This document shows, piece after piece, positions 39,552-49,516 of a stretch of DNA of 64,000 nucleotides (position 1 is its first letter; each line of letters opens with the position of its first letter). Both the position numbers and the translations under genes were made by a program. The DNA is taken from the NCBI GenBank assembly GCA_965243325.1, contig CBDEUQ010000003.1:830300-894299 (forward strand). The letters run 5' to 3'. The notes under the pieces are model-generated. The model was not told the origin of the DNA and did not search any database. It worked only from the letters and a program-made list of their open reading frames with translations. This DNA is from Alphaproteobacteria bacterium (GTDB lineage Bacteria; Pseudomonadota; Alphaproteobacteria; UBA7887).

Positions 39552-40691
39552 ACGACGGCGGTGGTCGGTGTATCGGCCATGGCGGCGAGCGCCGTCGCCA
39601 TGCCGCTGCAGTCTCGCGACGAGGAGGGGACTCCGGTCCTGTCGGCGGCGATCAACGCGTCGTTCGAGGGCGGGTTCGCCAACAACAGCGCCGCCAACGA
39701 CGAGGTGAACAGGGACAGCGGCCTCGTTGCCGGCCGCTGGGCCGACGTGTACTTCAATGGTGAGATGACCGCTGACAACGGTCTCACCTACGGCGCGCAG
39801 ATCCGACTCGCGGCCGGCGGAGGCGGGGCAGAAAACGGTGGCTTCAACAACATCGACCTCCTCGGAATGAGCGGGCTGGGCCGGCAGTACCTGTACGTCA
39901 AGGGCAGTTGGGGCTCGATCGAGGCGGGCACGTGGATCGGCGCGGCGACCGCGCTCAACCTGAACGTCGCCGGCCAGTACAAGGGCAACGGCGGCCTCGA
40001 TTTCTCCTACAAGGCGTACATTGTCGCGCCGCCAGGCGCCATCACCAACATCCAGAACCCGCACTGGTGGGACGCCGGGGAGACCAAGATCACGTACTTC
40101 ACGCCGGTGTTCAACGGCTTCCAGGCCGGCGTCACCTACACGCCCACAAATAGCCCGTGGGGCCAGGCCAAGACCGGCCTGACCGCCGGCGACGGCGAGC
40201 ACAAGGACGTGATCAGCTACGGAGCCCAGTGGAAGGGCGACATGGGCGGCTCCACCGTCACCGTGTCCGCCGTCGGCGCGATGAGCGACGACGCGGTCGA
40301 CAACGCGAATTCGACCACCCTGGGTGGTATCGAGATGTTCCAGATCAGCGGCATGGTGGCCCACGCCGGCTTCACCACCGGCGCGACGTTCTGGGACTAC
40401 GGCGACACCAACATGCTGCCGGGGGACAGCCAGGACTATTCGGGCTGGGCGCTCGACGCGACCTACAGCTTCGGTCCCTACGGCATCGAGATCTCCTACG
40501 CCCACGCCGAGCAGATGATTACCGGCTCGACGTCCCTCGACAGCACGTTCGACGGCTGGGCGCTTCAGATCGGCTACGCGGTCGCGCCGGGCCTCAAGTG
40601 GTACGCCGACCTCGTCGGCAACGAATGGGACGTGAACGGCAACACCGAGGACTCGACGGTCGTTCTCACGGGAGTCAACGTGAACTTCTGA
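39538..40691 (+). CDS. Outer-membrane porin allele 3, open frame but lacking ATG AAA and RBS (probably silent)
   Basis: Starts at FLLSTTAVVG; otherwise full length and collinear with allele 2. An in-frame TTG at 39546 has no RBS. Confidence 0.85.
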
Positions 40692-40722
40692 CCACGTCAC
40701 GTTCTTCACCGACCTTACCCGG

Positions 40723-40753
40723 GGGCGGCGCGATGCGCCGCCCTCTTTCTTTT
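40723..40753 (+). terminator. Rho-independent terminator after porin copy 3
   Basis: GGGCGGCGC-GAT-GCGCCGCCC followed by TCTTTCTTTT. Confidence 0.8.
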
Positions 40754-40780
40754 GCGGACCCGGCGCCGTAGAGGAAGACC

Positions 40781-41983
40781 ATGCCCGAAGCGAGCTACGA
40801 ACGGCCGTTCGCGGACATCCGCGTCGTCGACATGAGCCAGGGCGTGGCCGGGCCGGGCTGCGGCTTTCTGCTCGCCGCGCACGGCGCCGACGTGATCAAG
40901 ATCGAACCGCCGCAGGGCGACTGGGCGCGCGGCCTCGGCACGCGCCACGGCGACCACACGGCGTTGTCGCTCGCCGTCAACCGCGGCAAGCGCGGCATCG
41001 CGCTCGACCTCAAGAAGCCCGATGGGCGGGCGGCGGCGCTCCGCATGATCGAGCGCGCCGACGTGACGATCCAGAGCGCGCGTCCGGGCGCCGCGGCGCG
41101 GCTCGGGCTCGACTGGGACAGCGTGCGGCCGCTGAACCGGCGCCTGCTCTACGTCTCGGTGTCGAGCTACGGCGGGCGCGGGCCGTACGCGGACCGCACG
41201 GGCACCGATACGGTGCTGCAGGCGTACTCGGGTCTGATGGCGATCAACCGCGACGACGACGGGCGGCCGCGCCGCGTCGGCTTCGTGCTCGTCGACAGCG
41301 CGACCGCGATGTACGCCTTCCAGGCGGTGGCGGCGGCGCTCTATGCGCGGCGCGACGAGGGGCGGCTCATCGACGTCAGCCTCATGCAGGGCGCCGCCGC
41401 GCTGCTGGCGACGAAACTCGTCGAGGCCCGCCTCGAAGGCGGGGCGCCGCGAGCGCCGAACGTGCCGGCGGGAAGCTATCGGACGAAGGACGGCTGGATC
41501 GCGGTCACGCTGGTGCGCGAGTCCCACTTCGTCGATCTATGCGCCGCGCTGCGCCGGCCCGAGCTGGCCGCGGACCCGCGCTTCGCCAGCGGAGCGGCGC
41601 GCGCCGAGCGCGCGGACGAGCTGACGACGATCGTGGGCGCGACCTTGGCCGGACGGACGACCGCGGAATGGCTCGAGACGCTGAGACCGGCGGGCGTCCT
41701 GTGCAACCCCGTCAACACACCGGGCGACTGGCTCGACGACGCCCACGCCGGCGCCGTCGCCGCGGCGCCGGCGCTCGACCAGCCGGGCGTCGGGCCGGTC
41801 CCCGTGCCGCGGATTCCCGGATTGCCGGAGACGGCGCACGCCAACCTCGCGGCGCCGGCGCCCGGACTCGGGGAGCACGGCGCGGCCCTGCTCGCCGAGC
41901 ACGGCTACGACGACGCGGCGATCTCGTCCATGCGCGCGAGCGGCGCCCTCGCCGGGCCGCCGCCCGCCGACGCCGCCGCCTGA
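40781..41983 (+). CDS. CaiB/BaiF family III CoA-transferase, intact
   Basis: IRVVDMSQGVAGP, GADVIKIEPPQGD, NRGKRGIALDLK, APGLGEH. Confidence 0.93.
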   Translation: MPEASYERPFADIRVVDMSQGVAGPGCGFLLAAHGADVIKIEPPQGDWARGLGTRHGDHTALSLAVNRGKRGIALDLKKPDGRAAALRMIERADVTIQSARPGAAARLGLDWDSVRPLNRRLLYVSVSSYGGRGPYADRTGTDTVLQAYSGLMAINRDDDGRPRRVGFVLVDSATAMYAFQAVAAALYARRDEGRLIDVSLMQGAAALLATKLVEARLEGGAPRAPNVPAGSYRTKDGWIAVTLVRESHFVDLCAALRRPELAADPRFASGAARAERADELTTIVGATLAGRTTAEWLETLRPAGVLCNPVNTPGDWLDDAHAGAVAAAPALDQPGVGPVPVPRIPGLPETAHANLAAPAPGLGEHGAALLAEHGYDDAAISSMRASGALAGPPPADAAA

Positions 41984-42121
41984 GCTTCGCAGGCGACTTG
42001 CGAAGTCGTCTGTAGACCGCGTTCGCGCAGCCGATCGCGGCGGGATTTGAGAGCGTAGTTGACCCGGCCCCCCTAGGTTTCGTGATGTTCTGGAATGATC
42101 GCTGCTGACGGACACACCGCC

Positions 42122-42375
42122 ATGGCAACCGAGGTCAAAGAAAGCTGCACCGACTGGTGGACGCCCTTCCGTCGGACGAACTCCACGCCGCCGAACGCTA
42201 CCTGGAGTTTCTGGCCAGGCACGGGAATCCCTTCCTTCAGGCGCTCCTGAACGCCCCTGAGGCAACCGAATCGCTAAGCGTGGGCGACCGCGAGGCTCTC
42301 GACGAGGGCCGCCGCGCCCTTGAAGCGGGCGACATGGTCACCGACAGTGCACTGCGCGCCGAACTCGGAATATGA
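42122..42375 (+). pseudogene. Antitoxin-like gene with early frameshift
   Basis: MATEVKE then a shift to LHRLVDALPSDEL...LRAELGI; ATGA overlap with a RelE-like start. Confidence 0.55.
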
Positions 42376-42641
42376 CATGGACGCTGATTTGGACCCGTCC
42401 GGCTCTCAGGGACATGAAGAGGATGGAGATGGAGTACACGATCGTGATCGAGAAGGCGCCTGGGAACTACGCCGCCTGGGTGCCCGATCTGCCCGGTTGC
42501 GTGGCCACGGGGCCAACCCGCGAAGAAGCCATCCGGGAGATCGGAACGGCCATTGTTCTGCACATCGAGAGCCTGCGCGAACACGGAGAGCCGGTTCCGG
42601 TTCCGCAATGCACGGCGGCAGTGGTGGAGGTCGCCGCCTGA
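42372..42641 (+). CDS. hicB: HicB-family antitoxin (ATG 42429) fused behind a RelE-like N-terminal stub
   Basis: MEYTIVIEKAPGNYAAWVPDLPGCVATGPTREEA; stub MTWTLIWTRPALRDMKRM. Confidence 0.8.
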   Translation: MTWTLIWTRPALRDMKRMEMEYTIVIEKAPGNYAAWVPDLPGCVATGPTREEAIREIGTAIVLHIESLREHGEPVPVPQCTAAVVEVAA

Positions 42642-42715
42642 GCGGTGGATGGGCCGGCCGTCGGGGAATGCCCGCAAGAGTCCCGAAATTGCAAGCGCCT
42701 GATCGGGAAGCCTGC

Positions 42716-42880
42716 ATGAACCCCAAGCCCGTCGTCGTGCCGCCCATGGATACGACGCCGGAAGCGCTGGCGAAGTTGGTGCTGCGGCACCGTCCCAACC
42801 CGCCTGACACCCAGCTTGCCGAAGAGCTGACCGCCGAGTATGGAGCGGAAGAGCCGCCGGAACGTAGCGGTTCGTCCTGA
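42716..42880 (+). CDS. Small hypothetical protein
   Basis: MNPKPVVVPPMDTTPEALAKLVLR; short ORF with a plausible start. Confidence 0.4.
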   Translation: MNPKPVVVPPMDTTPEALAKLVLRHRPNPPDTQLAEELTAEYGAEEPPERSGSS

Positions 42881-43084
42881 GTTACCGGGCCCTTTCGGCA
42901 CGTTCGTCGAGGGCAGCCCAAATCGCGCGGACGCCGGAGCCGCCGAAGCCGGGCACGAAGTACCGGCCGCGGGCCGCTTGACACCGGAGGCTAGGGCACG
43001 CCACGTTGGCCTCGCAGCGCCGACGACGACCAAGCGCGCGCAACAAGGGCGTCGTTGACCGTTCAGCAGGGAGGAAGACAGATC

Positions 43085-43420
43085 ATGCCCACGGTATCGA
43101 TCAACGTGAAGGCTGCGGTTTCGTGGCGAGCCACGAAGTGCGCAGCCGGCAACAGGTGGGTCGCCGAGTGCGAAGCGCTGGGCCTGTCGATCGAGGGCAA
43201 CGGCCTTGACGAGCTTCACAGCCTGATCTCCGAGGCGAGCTTCGCCTTGTTCGTTGACTTGTTCGAGGAAGGCGAGCTTGAGCAGTTCCTGATGGATCGC
43301 GGATGGCGGGCGGAAAGCCTGCCGGACAGACACGATGTCGAGGACGGGATCAACTTTGCTATCCCTTGGGAACTCACCGCACAAGGCGCGCCTTATGGTT
43401 CCGAACGACGCCCTCACTAA
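43085..43420 (+). CDS. HicB-like protein
   Basis: GGAGG RBS; RWVAECEALGLSIEGNGLDEL pattern. Confidence 0.6.
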   Translation: MPTVSINVKAAVSWRATKCAAGNRWVAECEALGLSIEGNGLDELHSLISEASFALFVDLFEEGELEQFLMDRGWRAESLPDRHDVEDGINFAIPWELTAQGAPYGSERRPH

Positions 43421-43619
43421 TTTCTTACGGCGTCAGCTCAACTACACGCACAAGCGGCAGACAGAACGCGTGAGCATCTACAAACTTCGCGGCAATACAC
43501 GACGTGTCGCGGTCAGGAAAAATGCGCAGCACTCGCCAGAATATGCCAAGTCTGTCCTTCGCCTTGCTGGCGCAAGCGACGATCAGATAGAGAAATTCCT
43601 GAATCAAAGCTGTAACTGA
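43395..43619 (+). CDS. HicA-like small basic protein
   Basis: Overlaps the HicB-like gene; helix-3 strand-helix pattern ending YAKSVLRLAG. Confidence 0.5.
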   Translation: MVPNDALTNFLRRQLNYTHKRQTERVSIYKLRGNTRRVAVRKNAQHSPEYAKSVLRLAGASDDQIEKFLNQSCN

Positions 43620-44019
43620 CGCGACGCGGTTCGTGTCAATCGCTGGATCACCTTGATCCACGATGGATTACTGGCCGTTTTTCGTGGGCGCTGGGGCTTT
43701 CGTGTGCTGCCTCATGGTTATCGGCTTGCTGCGCCCAACCGACATTTCCGCACCCCCAAGACCTCAAGCGCGAGCCTTGGGCCATCGTCGGCCGGGTCGT
43801 GTTCGTTCTGGCGCTGTACTTCGTGATCGGCGGCGCCGTACTCGGGAGGCCGATATGGTTCTTTGCTGCCTCGTTATCCTGATCGCCAAGGAAGGCTGGG
43901 AGCCATACGCTTTCCGCGAGAAACGGTATGGCTCCCTGGACTCGATGATTGCGAAGCGCTGGCCAATCGGCCGCACCCTGTGCCACGGGGGCCGCTAGTC
44001 AAGTATGTAATCCGCATCG

Positions 44020-44330
44020 TATTGGACCCGGCCGCGGGGTCGAATGCCCTCGTTCACGTACTGCGTCGGCGTACGCGGGCGAAAGTAGAGACGAACCAGG
44101 TTCCTGTGCCGCGACGGCAATTGCCCCACGTACTGCGGGCTCCCGCTGTCCACCGTGATCAGCCCTCCCCGCTCGGCCGCCGCCCGCGACAGCAGTCGGC
44201 CGCTGTTCAGGATCCTGGCGGCGTTCTCGACGTGGTCCGACCGGAACAGCCAGCGCGACCAGAACCGACGATTGCGGTCCAGCCCGAGGCTCGAGGGCAA
44301 CTGCTGCATGACAGGTAGGTAATCATCCGA
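44020..44330 (-). pseudogene. DarT-like (DUF4433) ADP-ribosyltransferase fragment
   Basis: HVENAARILNSGRLLSR...VRLYFRPRTPTQYVNEG; truncated. Confidence 0.7.
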
Positions 44331-44706
44331 CGCCCCAAGCCCCGCCGCTCGAAAACTGCCCGCCTGCCCCCTTCCGCGCTGCGGCCGTCCGAAACACCGG
44401 ACCCGGCGAACCGGCCGCTTCGAGCCTCCCATCCCGCACCCGATCGCGCCGCGGAGCGCACGTTGCGCCTGCGCACTCTTGCGATGCGCCGCCGACAGCC
44501 AAACGGTCCGATACTTCGCTCACCTCAATACCGACTGTCGATCACGCGGTCGCGCCGGCCTCCTTGCCGATCATGGATTTCGGTGCGACACGGGGTCCCG
44601 CCCAACTTCGTCGCCACTCCCGGCAACCGCCTCGAAGACGCGCCCGCCGAGGCCACGAGCGCTCAGGCGGCAAACGCGGCCGCGCGCCCGCCCGCCCGCG
44701 GCGCCG

Positions 44707-45192
44707 TCAGTCGTCCTCGCGCGGCTCCTGCCATCCGCGCATGAGGCCGTCCTTCAGCAGGTCCGGGGGCTCGTAGTCGACGTAGACGACCTCGTAGTCG
44801 CCATCGCCGCTCGACAGGTGCACGACCTGCTGCTCGTAGTCGGACGCCGTCTCCTCGAATCGTTCGTACTCGTCCGGATCGAACCGGATCATGTAGACGC
44901 GCGGCGTCGGGTCGATGCCGAGAGTGTCGAGGAACATGTAGAAGCGGCCCGTGTCCTTGTCGAGCTTGGACGAGATCACCTTGTAGTTGCCGTCGGGCGG
45001 GTAGGGGTTGGGCTGCCCCAGCGTATCCATCAGCGCGAACAGCGGCAGCCACAGCGCCACCGCGCCGGCGAGCACCGCGAACGGCCGCAGCCAGCGCTTG
45101 CGCCACAGGACCGCCAGCATGACGACGGCGATGCACGCGACGTGCGCCGCCAGCAGCGAGGAATGGTCGAAGGCGTTGTCGAAACCCGGCAT
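44707..45192 (-). CDS. Two-TM protein, operon gene 4
   Basis: Two TMs, then TLGQPNPYPPDGNY; paralogous to gene 3. Confidence 0.8.
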   Translation of the reverse strand: MPGFDNAFDHSSLLAAHVACIAVVMLAVLWRKRWLRPFAVLAGAVALWLPLFALMDTLGQPNPYPPDGNYKVISSKLDKDTGRFYMFLDTLGIDPTPRVYMIRFDPDEYERFEETASDYEQQVVHLSSGDGDYEVVYVDYEPPDLLKDGLMRGWQEPREDD

Positions 45193-45194
45193 GT

Positions 45195-45662
45195 CTATCC
45201 GTCCCGTCTGTAGTCGCCGTAGAACCGCTTCTCCAGCGTGAGCTCGTAAGCCACCTCGCCGGTCTCGGGGTCGCGCCGGATATCGATGGACTTCTCCTTG
45301 AACGTGCTCAGCTCCATCGCCGCGTCCTGCAGCTCAATAGCGCTCCTTAGGTCGAAGGGAATCCGGTAGTGCAGCGGCTCCACCTCGCCCGGGCGCTCGA
45401 GGAACACGTAGATCGCGCGGCTCGGCTCGTCGATCTGCCAGCCGATCAGGGTGTAGCGGCCGTCCTCGGGCCACGGGTCGGGATAGCCCAGAGTCGTGCG
45501 GGCGACCGCGGCCGGATAGGCGATGGCGACGGCGCCGACGGCGACGGTGGCGAGGCGGAGCCACCAGCGCCGCCAGTCGCGGATGAACAGCATGGCGAAC
45601 AGGAATGCGACGGTCGCCGCGTACAGCGCGTACAGGACGATGGTGACCATCAGTTCCGACAT
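45195..45662 (-). CDS. Two-TM protein, operon gene 3
   Basis: Two TMs, then TLGYPDPWPEDGRY...PLHYRIPF. Confidence 0.8.
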   Translation of the reverse strand: MSELMVTIVLYALYAATVAFLFAMLFIRDWRRWWLRLATVAVGAVAIAYPAAVARTTLGYPDPWPEDGRYTLIGWQIDEPSRAIYVFLERPGEVEPLHYRIPFDLRSAIELQDAAMELSTFKEKSIDIRRDPETGEVAYELTLEKRFYGDYRRDG

Positions 45663-45672
45663 GCCGGAGTCC

Positions 45673-46269
45673 CTAGCGTTGCGAGATGATCGACTTGTAC
45701 AGGTTGTGGATGCTGTCGTCGATGAGGTCGCCGTCCTGGTCGAGCGTGAAGCGGACCACCGTGACCTCTTCCTTGCGCCGGGTGAGCAGGATTTCCTCGC
45801 TGTAGATCTCGCCGAGGTCGCCCTTGCCGGTGACGCGCACCTTCACCGGCACCGGCAGCGCTTCCCTGTATTCGTTGTAGAGATGCAGGTTGACGGTGTA
45901 CTCGCCGGCGTCGCGCGTGCGGATCGACATCCACTCGTAGTTCAGTTCGGACGTGTCGTTGATCTTGCCGCGATCGTCGCGCTCGAGGTTGAGCGACGGG
46001 CCGGCCTCGAAGATGCCCCAGCCCACCGGCACCCCGTCGGGCCCCATGCCCCACAGGTCGATGTCGTAGGCGGTGCCCGACGGCCAGGTGATCTCGATCA
46101 GGATCTGGGTCCTGAGGGGGACCTCGTCGGGCTTCTGGACCGGGTTGATGAGAAAGGTGAGCAGGAAGATGACGACGACGAGGCTGAACACCATCAGGAA
46201 CAGCACGTCGCGGAACGCGATGCCCGCCGGCTCCTGCTTGTGGATCGAGAAGCCGTCGAAGTCGACCAT
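45673..46269 (-). CDS. ExbD/MotB-like single-TM protein with YfaP-like periplasmic domain
   Basis: AFRDVLF TM with an Asp; ITW..DIDLW..PDG..LERDDRG..NYE..GEYTVNLHLY. Confidence 0.75.
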   Translation of the reverse strand: MVDFDGFSIHKQEPAGIAFRDVLFLMVFSLVVVIFLLTFLINPVQKPDEVPLRTQILIEITWPSGTAYDIDLWGMGPDGVPVGWGIFEAGPSLNLERDDRGKINDTSELNYEWMSIRTRDAGEYTVNLHLYNEYREALPVPVKVRVTGKGDLGEIYSEEILLTRRKEEVTVVRFTLDQDGDLIDDSIHNLYKSIISQR

Positions 46270-46278
46270 CGCCCGGCG

Positions 46279-46980
46279 CTACTCGGCTGCGGTGCCCGCC
46301 GCCGGCATCTCTCCGGACGGCGCCGCCGCAAGATCGGGAATCACCTCGATGTCCGCGTACTCGACGATCTCGATCGCCAGGCCGCCGGCCGCGCGCGACA
46401 GCATCTGATAGTGAATCTCGAGCCACAGGCCGCCGAGGATGGCGCCGACGAGAGTCGTGAACAGCGCCACGCCCATGCCGGTGACGATCTGGCCGAGCAC
46501 GCCCTGCACCCGCTCCAGGTTCGTGCCGCCGGCAATGCTGTCGCCGAGGCCGCTCACGGCGATCACGAAGCCGACCACGGTGCCGATCAGGCCGAGCAGG
46601 ATCAGGACGTTGGCAACGTAGCTGATGATCTGGATGGGCAGGAACAGGCGCGCCCTGAGGGCGCCGGCGAGCATGCCCTGGTCGACTCGCTCGCCCGCCG
46701 CCCGCGCCGCCTTGAGACGCAGCTTGTCGATATAGCTCGCGGCGAGCCCGGACGCGGCGCGCTTGCTGAACAGGACGATCTCGCGGTTGAGGCTCACGAT
46801 GTGGAACGAACTCGTGGCCCAGAACACGAGAAAGACGACGCCGATGACGAAGCTGAGATAGCTCGCATCGCTTTCGATGACGAGCGCGATCCAGTCACGC
46901 AGCCACGCCACGTAGAGCAGCAGTGCGGCGAACGAGTTGATCGTCAGCCATTTGTATAGCAGCGCGTTCGGACTGTTCAT
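46279..46980 (-). CDS. MotA/TolQ/ExbB proton-channel family protein
   Basis: LGLIGTVVGF...GMGVALFTTLVG. Confidence 0.9.
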   Translation of the reverse strand: MNSPNALLYKWLTINSFAALLLYVAWLRDWIALVIESDASYLSFVIGVVFLVFWATSSFHIVSLNREIVLFSKRAASGLAASYIDKLRLKAARAAGERVDQGMLAGALRARLFLPIQIISYVANVLILLGLIGTVVGFVIAVSGLGDSIAGGTNLERVQGVLGQIVTGMGVALFTTLVGAILGGLWLEIHYQMLSRAAGGLAIEIVEYADIEVIPDLAAAPSGEMPAAGTAAE

Positions 46981-47175
46981 GCGACCTGCCCGTCCCTAAT
47001 CGCCCGCGAGGCTGCAGGCGCCGGCGCAGGGCGCGACAACCTAGGTTCACCGCCGCGGCTTGTCAAACGCCTGCCTTCGTGCCCCAAACGTCGGACGGCG
47101 GCGTGTCGCGGGCGGCGTTTCGAGCGGGGCGAAGTTGCGGTCGAGACCAACCGAAACGGGACGGCGCCGGCGGCG

Positions 47176-47252
47176 TGGTGGGCCCGGCAGGATTCGAACC
47201 TGCGACAACACCGTTATGAGCGGCGCGTTCTGACCAGCTGAACTACGGGCCC
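47176..47252 (-). tRNA. tRNA with CAT anticodon, probably tRNA-Ile2 (Met not excluded)
   Basis: GGGCCCGTAGTTCAGCTGGTCAGAACGCGCCGCT-CAT-AACGGTGTTGTCGCAGGTTCGAATCCTGCCGGGCCCACCA cloverleaf with encoded CCA. Confidence 0.95.
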
Positions 47253-47362
47253 GCGAGGCCGGCCTCCGACGGAACCACGTATCGGCCATCGCGGCGCCGC
47301 TGGCAAGGGGCTGTCGCCGCCGACGCCCGCGGGTGCTATAGGCTCAGCGACGGAGGGCCGCC

Positions 47363-48208
47363 ATGACCGCACCGCAGCCGGGCATTTTCGCCGCCGCAGC
47401 GCCGCTGCAGCTCGCGCTCGAGTTCCGCGCTCCGGCCCTGACCGCGACGGCGCTGGCGGCGGTGCGCGAGGCGCTGGAGGGCGACACCGTCGTCGCCCTC
47501 GGCGCCGACGCCTACCGGCGGCTCGGCGGCGAGGCGGCGGTCGCCGACCTGGCGGCGATCCCGGGTGTCGCCAACACCGCCGGCGACGTGCTGGTGTGGT
47601 GGCAGGGCGCGGGGCGCGACCGCCAGTTCGACGCCGCCATGGCCGCCGCCCGGGCGCTCGGCGGCAGCGTCCGGCTCGAGGTCGCCGGGTTCGTCTACCG
47701 CGACTCGCGCGACCTCACGGGCTTCGTCGACGGCACCGCCAATCCGGAGGGCGAGCGGGCGCGCGCCGCCGCGCTGGTGCCCGAAGGCGCCCCCGGCGCC
47801 GGCGGCAGCCACGTGCTGACGCAGAAGTGGCGGCACGACCTCGCGGCGTTCCTCGCTCTCCCGGTGCGCGAACAGGAGCGTACGATCGGCCGCACCAAGG
47901 CCGACAGCATCGAGCTCCGGGGCGCGGCGATGCCTCGGGACGCGCACCTGAGCCGCACTGACGCCGTGCGCGACGGCGTCGCGCAGACGATCTACCGCCG
48001 CAGCTTTCCGTACGGCGGCATCGCCGAGCACGGCCTCTACTTCCTCGCCTTCTCGTGCGAGGCGGCACGGCACGAGTTTCTCCTGCGCCGCATGTTCGGC
48101 GCCACGGAGGACGGCATAAGGGACCGGCTCACGGCGTTTTCCAAGGCGGTGACCGGCGCGCTCTGGTTCGCGCCGTCGCTCGAGGAACTCGAGCGCCTCT
48201 CCGCCTGA
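47363..48208 (+). CDS. Dyp-type peroxidase
   Basis: RDLTGFVDGTANP, QKWRHDL, IGRTK, IYRRSFPYG, GLYFLAF. Confidence 0.93.
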   Translation: MTAPQPGIFAAAAPLQLALEFRAPALTATALAAVREALEGDTVVALGADAYRRLGGEAAVADLAAIPGVANTAGDVLVWWQGAGRDRQFDAAMAAARALGGSVRLEVAGFVYRDSRDLTGFVDGTANPEGERARAAALVPEGAPGAGGSHVLTQKWRHDLAAFLALPVREQERTIGRTKADSIELRGAAMPRDAHLSRTDAVRDGVAQTIYRRSFPYGGIAEHGLYFLAFSCEAARHEFLLRRMFGATEDGIRDRLTAFSKAVTGALWFAPSLEELERLSA

Positions 48209-48232
48209 GGCGGGCGCCGCCGAACGATCCGC

Positions 48233-49516
48233 ATGACCCGCCCCGCGCCCCGCTCCCGCGCCGCGCGCCGCCGCCAGGCAACCGTCGTCGTCGCGGTCCT
48301 GTGCGCCGGCTACGTGCTCAGCATGTTCTACCGCACGTCGATCGGCGTCATCGGCGACGAACTGGCGCGCGCGATGGCGCTGTCGGCGGCGGCGCTGGGC
48401 ACGCTCGGCGGCATATACTTTCTCGTCTTCGCGGCGGCCCAGATTCCCCTCGGCATCGCCCTCGACCGCTACGGCCCGCGGCGCGTCAACGCGTGCATGC
48501 TGCTGATCGCCGCGCTCGGCGCTCTGGTGTTCGCGGCGGCGGACGGGTTCGCCGTTCTCGCTCTCGGCCGCGGCCTGATCGGGCTGGGCTGCGCCGCCGG
48601 CCTGATGGGAGCGCTGGTGGCGTTCGCGCGCTGGTTCCCGCCGCGCCGTTTCTCCGCCATGGCCGGGTTCATGCTGGCGGTCGGCGGCCTCGGCAGTCTC
48701 GCGTCGACGACGCCGCTCGCGCTCGGTGCGGCGTGGCTCGGCTGGCGCGGCGCGTTCGTTCTCGCAGCCGGCGTCACCGTCGCCGCGGCGGCGCTCACCT
48801 TCGCCTGCGTGCGCGACGCGCCACCCGGGGCGCCGGCCGCCGCCGGGCGGCGCGAGACGCTCGGCGAGACCATCCGCGGCGTCGGCACGGTGCTCCGCAA
48901 CCGCCAGCTCCACCTGCTGCTGCCGCTGAACGCGTGCGCCTACAGCGCCATCATGGCGCTGCTGGCGCTCTGGGGCGCGCCGTACCTGGCCCACGTCCAC
49001 GGTCAGGATGCGGTCGGCGCGGCCGAGATCATGATGGCCATGGCGGTGGCGCTGATGCTCGGATCGCTGTCCTACGGATGGCTCGGCGCCCGCATCGGCG
49101 CCAACAAGACCGTCGTCCTCGCCGGCGCCGCGGCGACGTGCGTCATCTACGCAGCGCTGGCGGCGGGGCTGGTGGCGGGACCGGCGGCGGCCGCCGTCGC
49201 CCTCTGCCTGATCGGGCTGCTCGGCGGCTACGCGGCGCTGATGCTGAGCCACATCCGGGCGCTGTTTCCCGACCGCCTCGTCGGCCGCGGGCTGACCACC
49301 GCCAACCTGTTCAATTTCGCCGGCTCGGGCGTGATCCAGGCGGCCAGCGGCTGGATCGTCGGCCGCTACCCGAAGGCCGGCGACGCGCACTCGCCGGAAG
49401 CCTATGCCGCCCTGTTCCTCTTCCTTGCCGGGCTGGTCGCCGTCTCCGCCGTCTTCTACGCTTTTGCGCGGCGCCCCGACCTGCCGTCCGCGCCCGCGGC
49501 CGGCGCCTCGCGCTAG
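48233..49516 (+). CDS. MFS transporter
   Basis: About 12 TMs; GIALDRYGPRR motif A. Confidence 0.92.
   Translation: MTRPAPRSRAARRRQATVVVAVLCAGYVLSMFYRTSIGVIGDELARAMALSAAALGTLGGIYFLVFAAAQIPLGIALDRYGPRRVNACMLLIAALGALVFAAADGFAVLALGRGLIGLGCAAGLMGALVAFARWFPPRRFSAMAGFMLAVGGLGSLASTTPLALGAAWLGWRGAFVLAAGVTVAAAALTFACVRDAPPGAPAAAGRRETLGETIRGVGTVLRNRQLHLLLPLNACAYSAIMALLALWGAPYLAHVHGQDAVGAAEIMMAMAVALMLGSLSYGWLGARIGANKTVVLAGAAATCVIYAALAAGLVAGPAAAAVALCLIGLLGGYAALMLSHIRALFPDRLVGRGLTTANLFNFAGSGVIQAASGWIVGRYPKAGDAHSPEAYAALFLFLAGLVAVSAVFYAFARRPDLPSAPAAGASR

Noticed and set aside
941..40691. Diversity-generating retroelement explaining the porin variation
   Set aside because: No reverse transcriptase is present, and the differences are block substitutions and indels rather than adenine-specific changes.
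39351..40709. N-terminal extension of the 857-aa ORF 38136..40709 as an integrase fusion
   Set aside because: The extension is the antisense of porin allele 3. Integrase homology starts at the ATG at 39350.
43663..43998. Small membrane ORF
   Set aside because: Its hydrophobic segments fall in different frames; at best an unassignable pseudogene.
44707..46980. Zorya defence system
   Set aside because: The MotA-like protein lacks the long ZorA tail, the partner lacks an OmpA domain, and there are no zorC/D/E genes.
47176..47252. tRNA as the island attachment site
   Set aside because: I saw no duplicate of its 3' end in the window and no integrase is adjacent.
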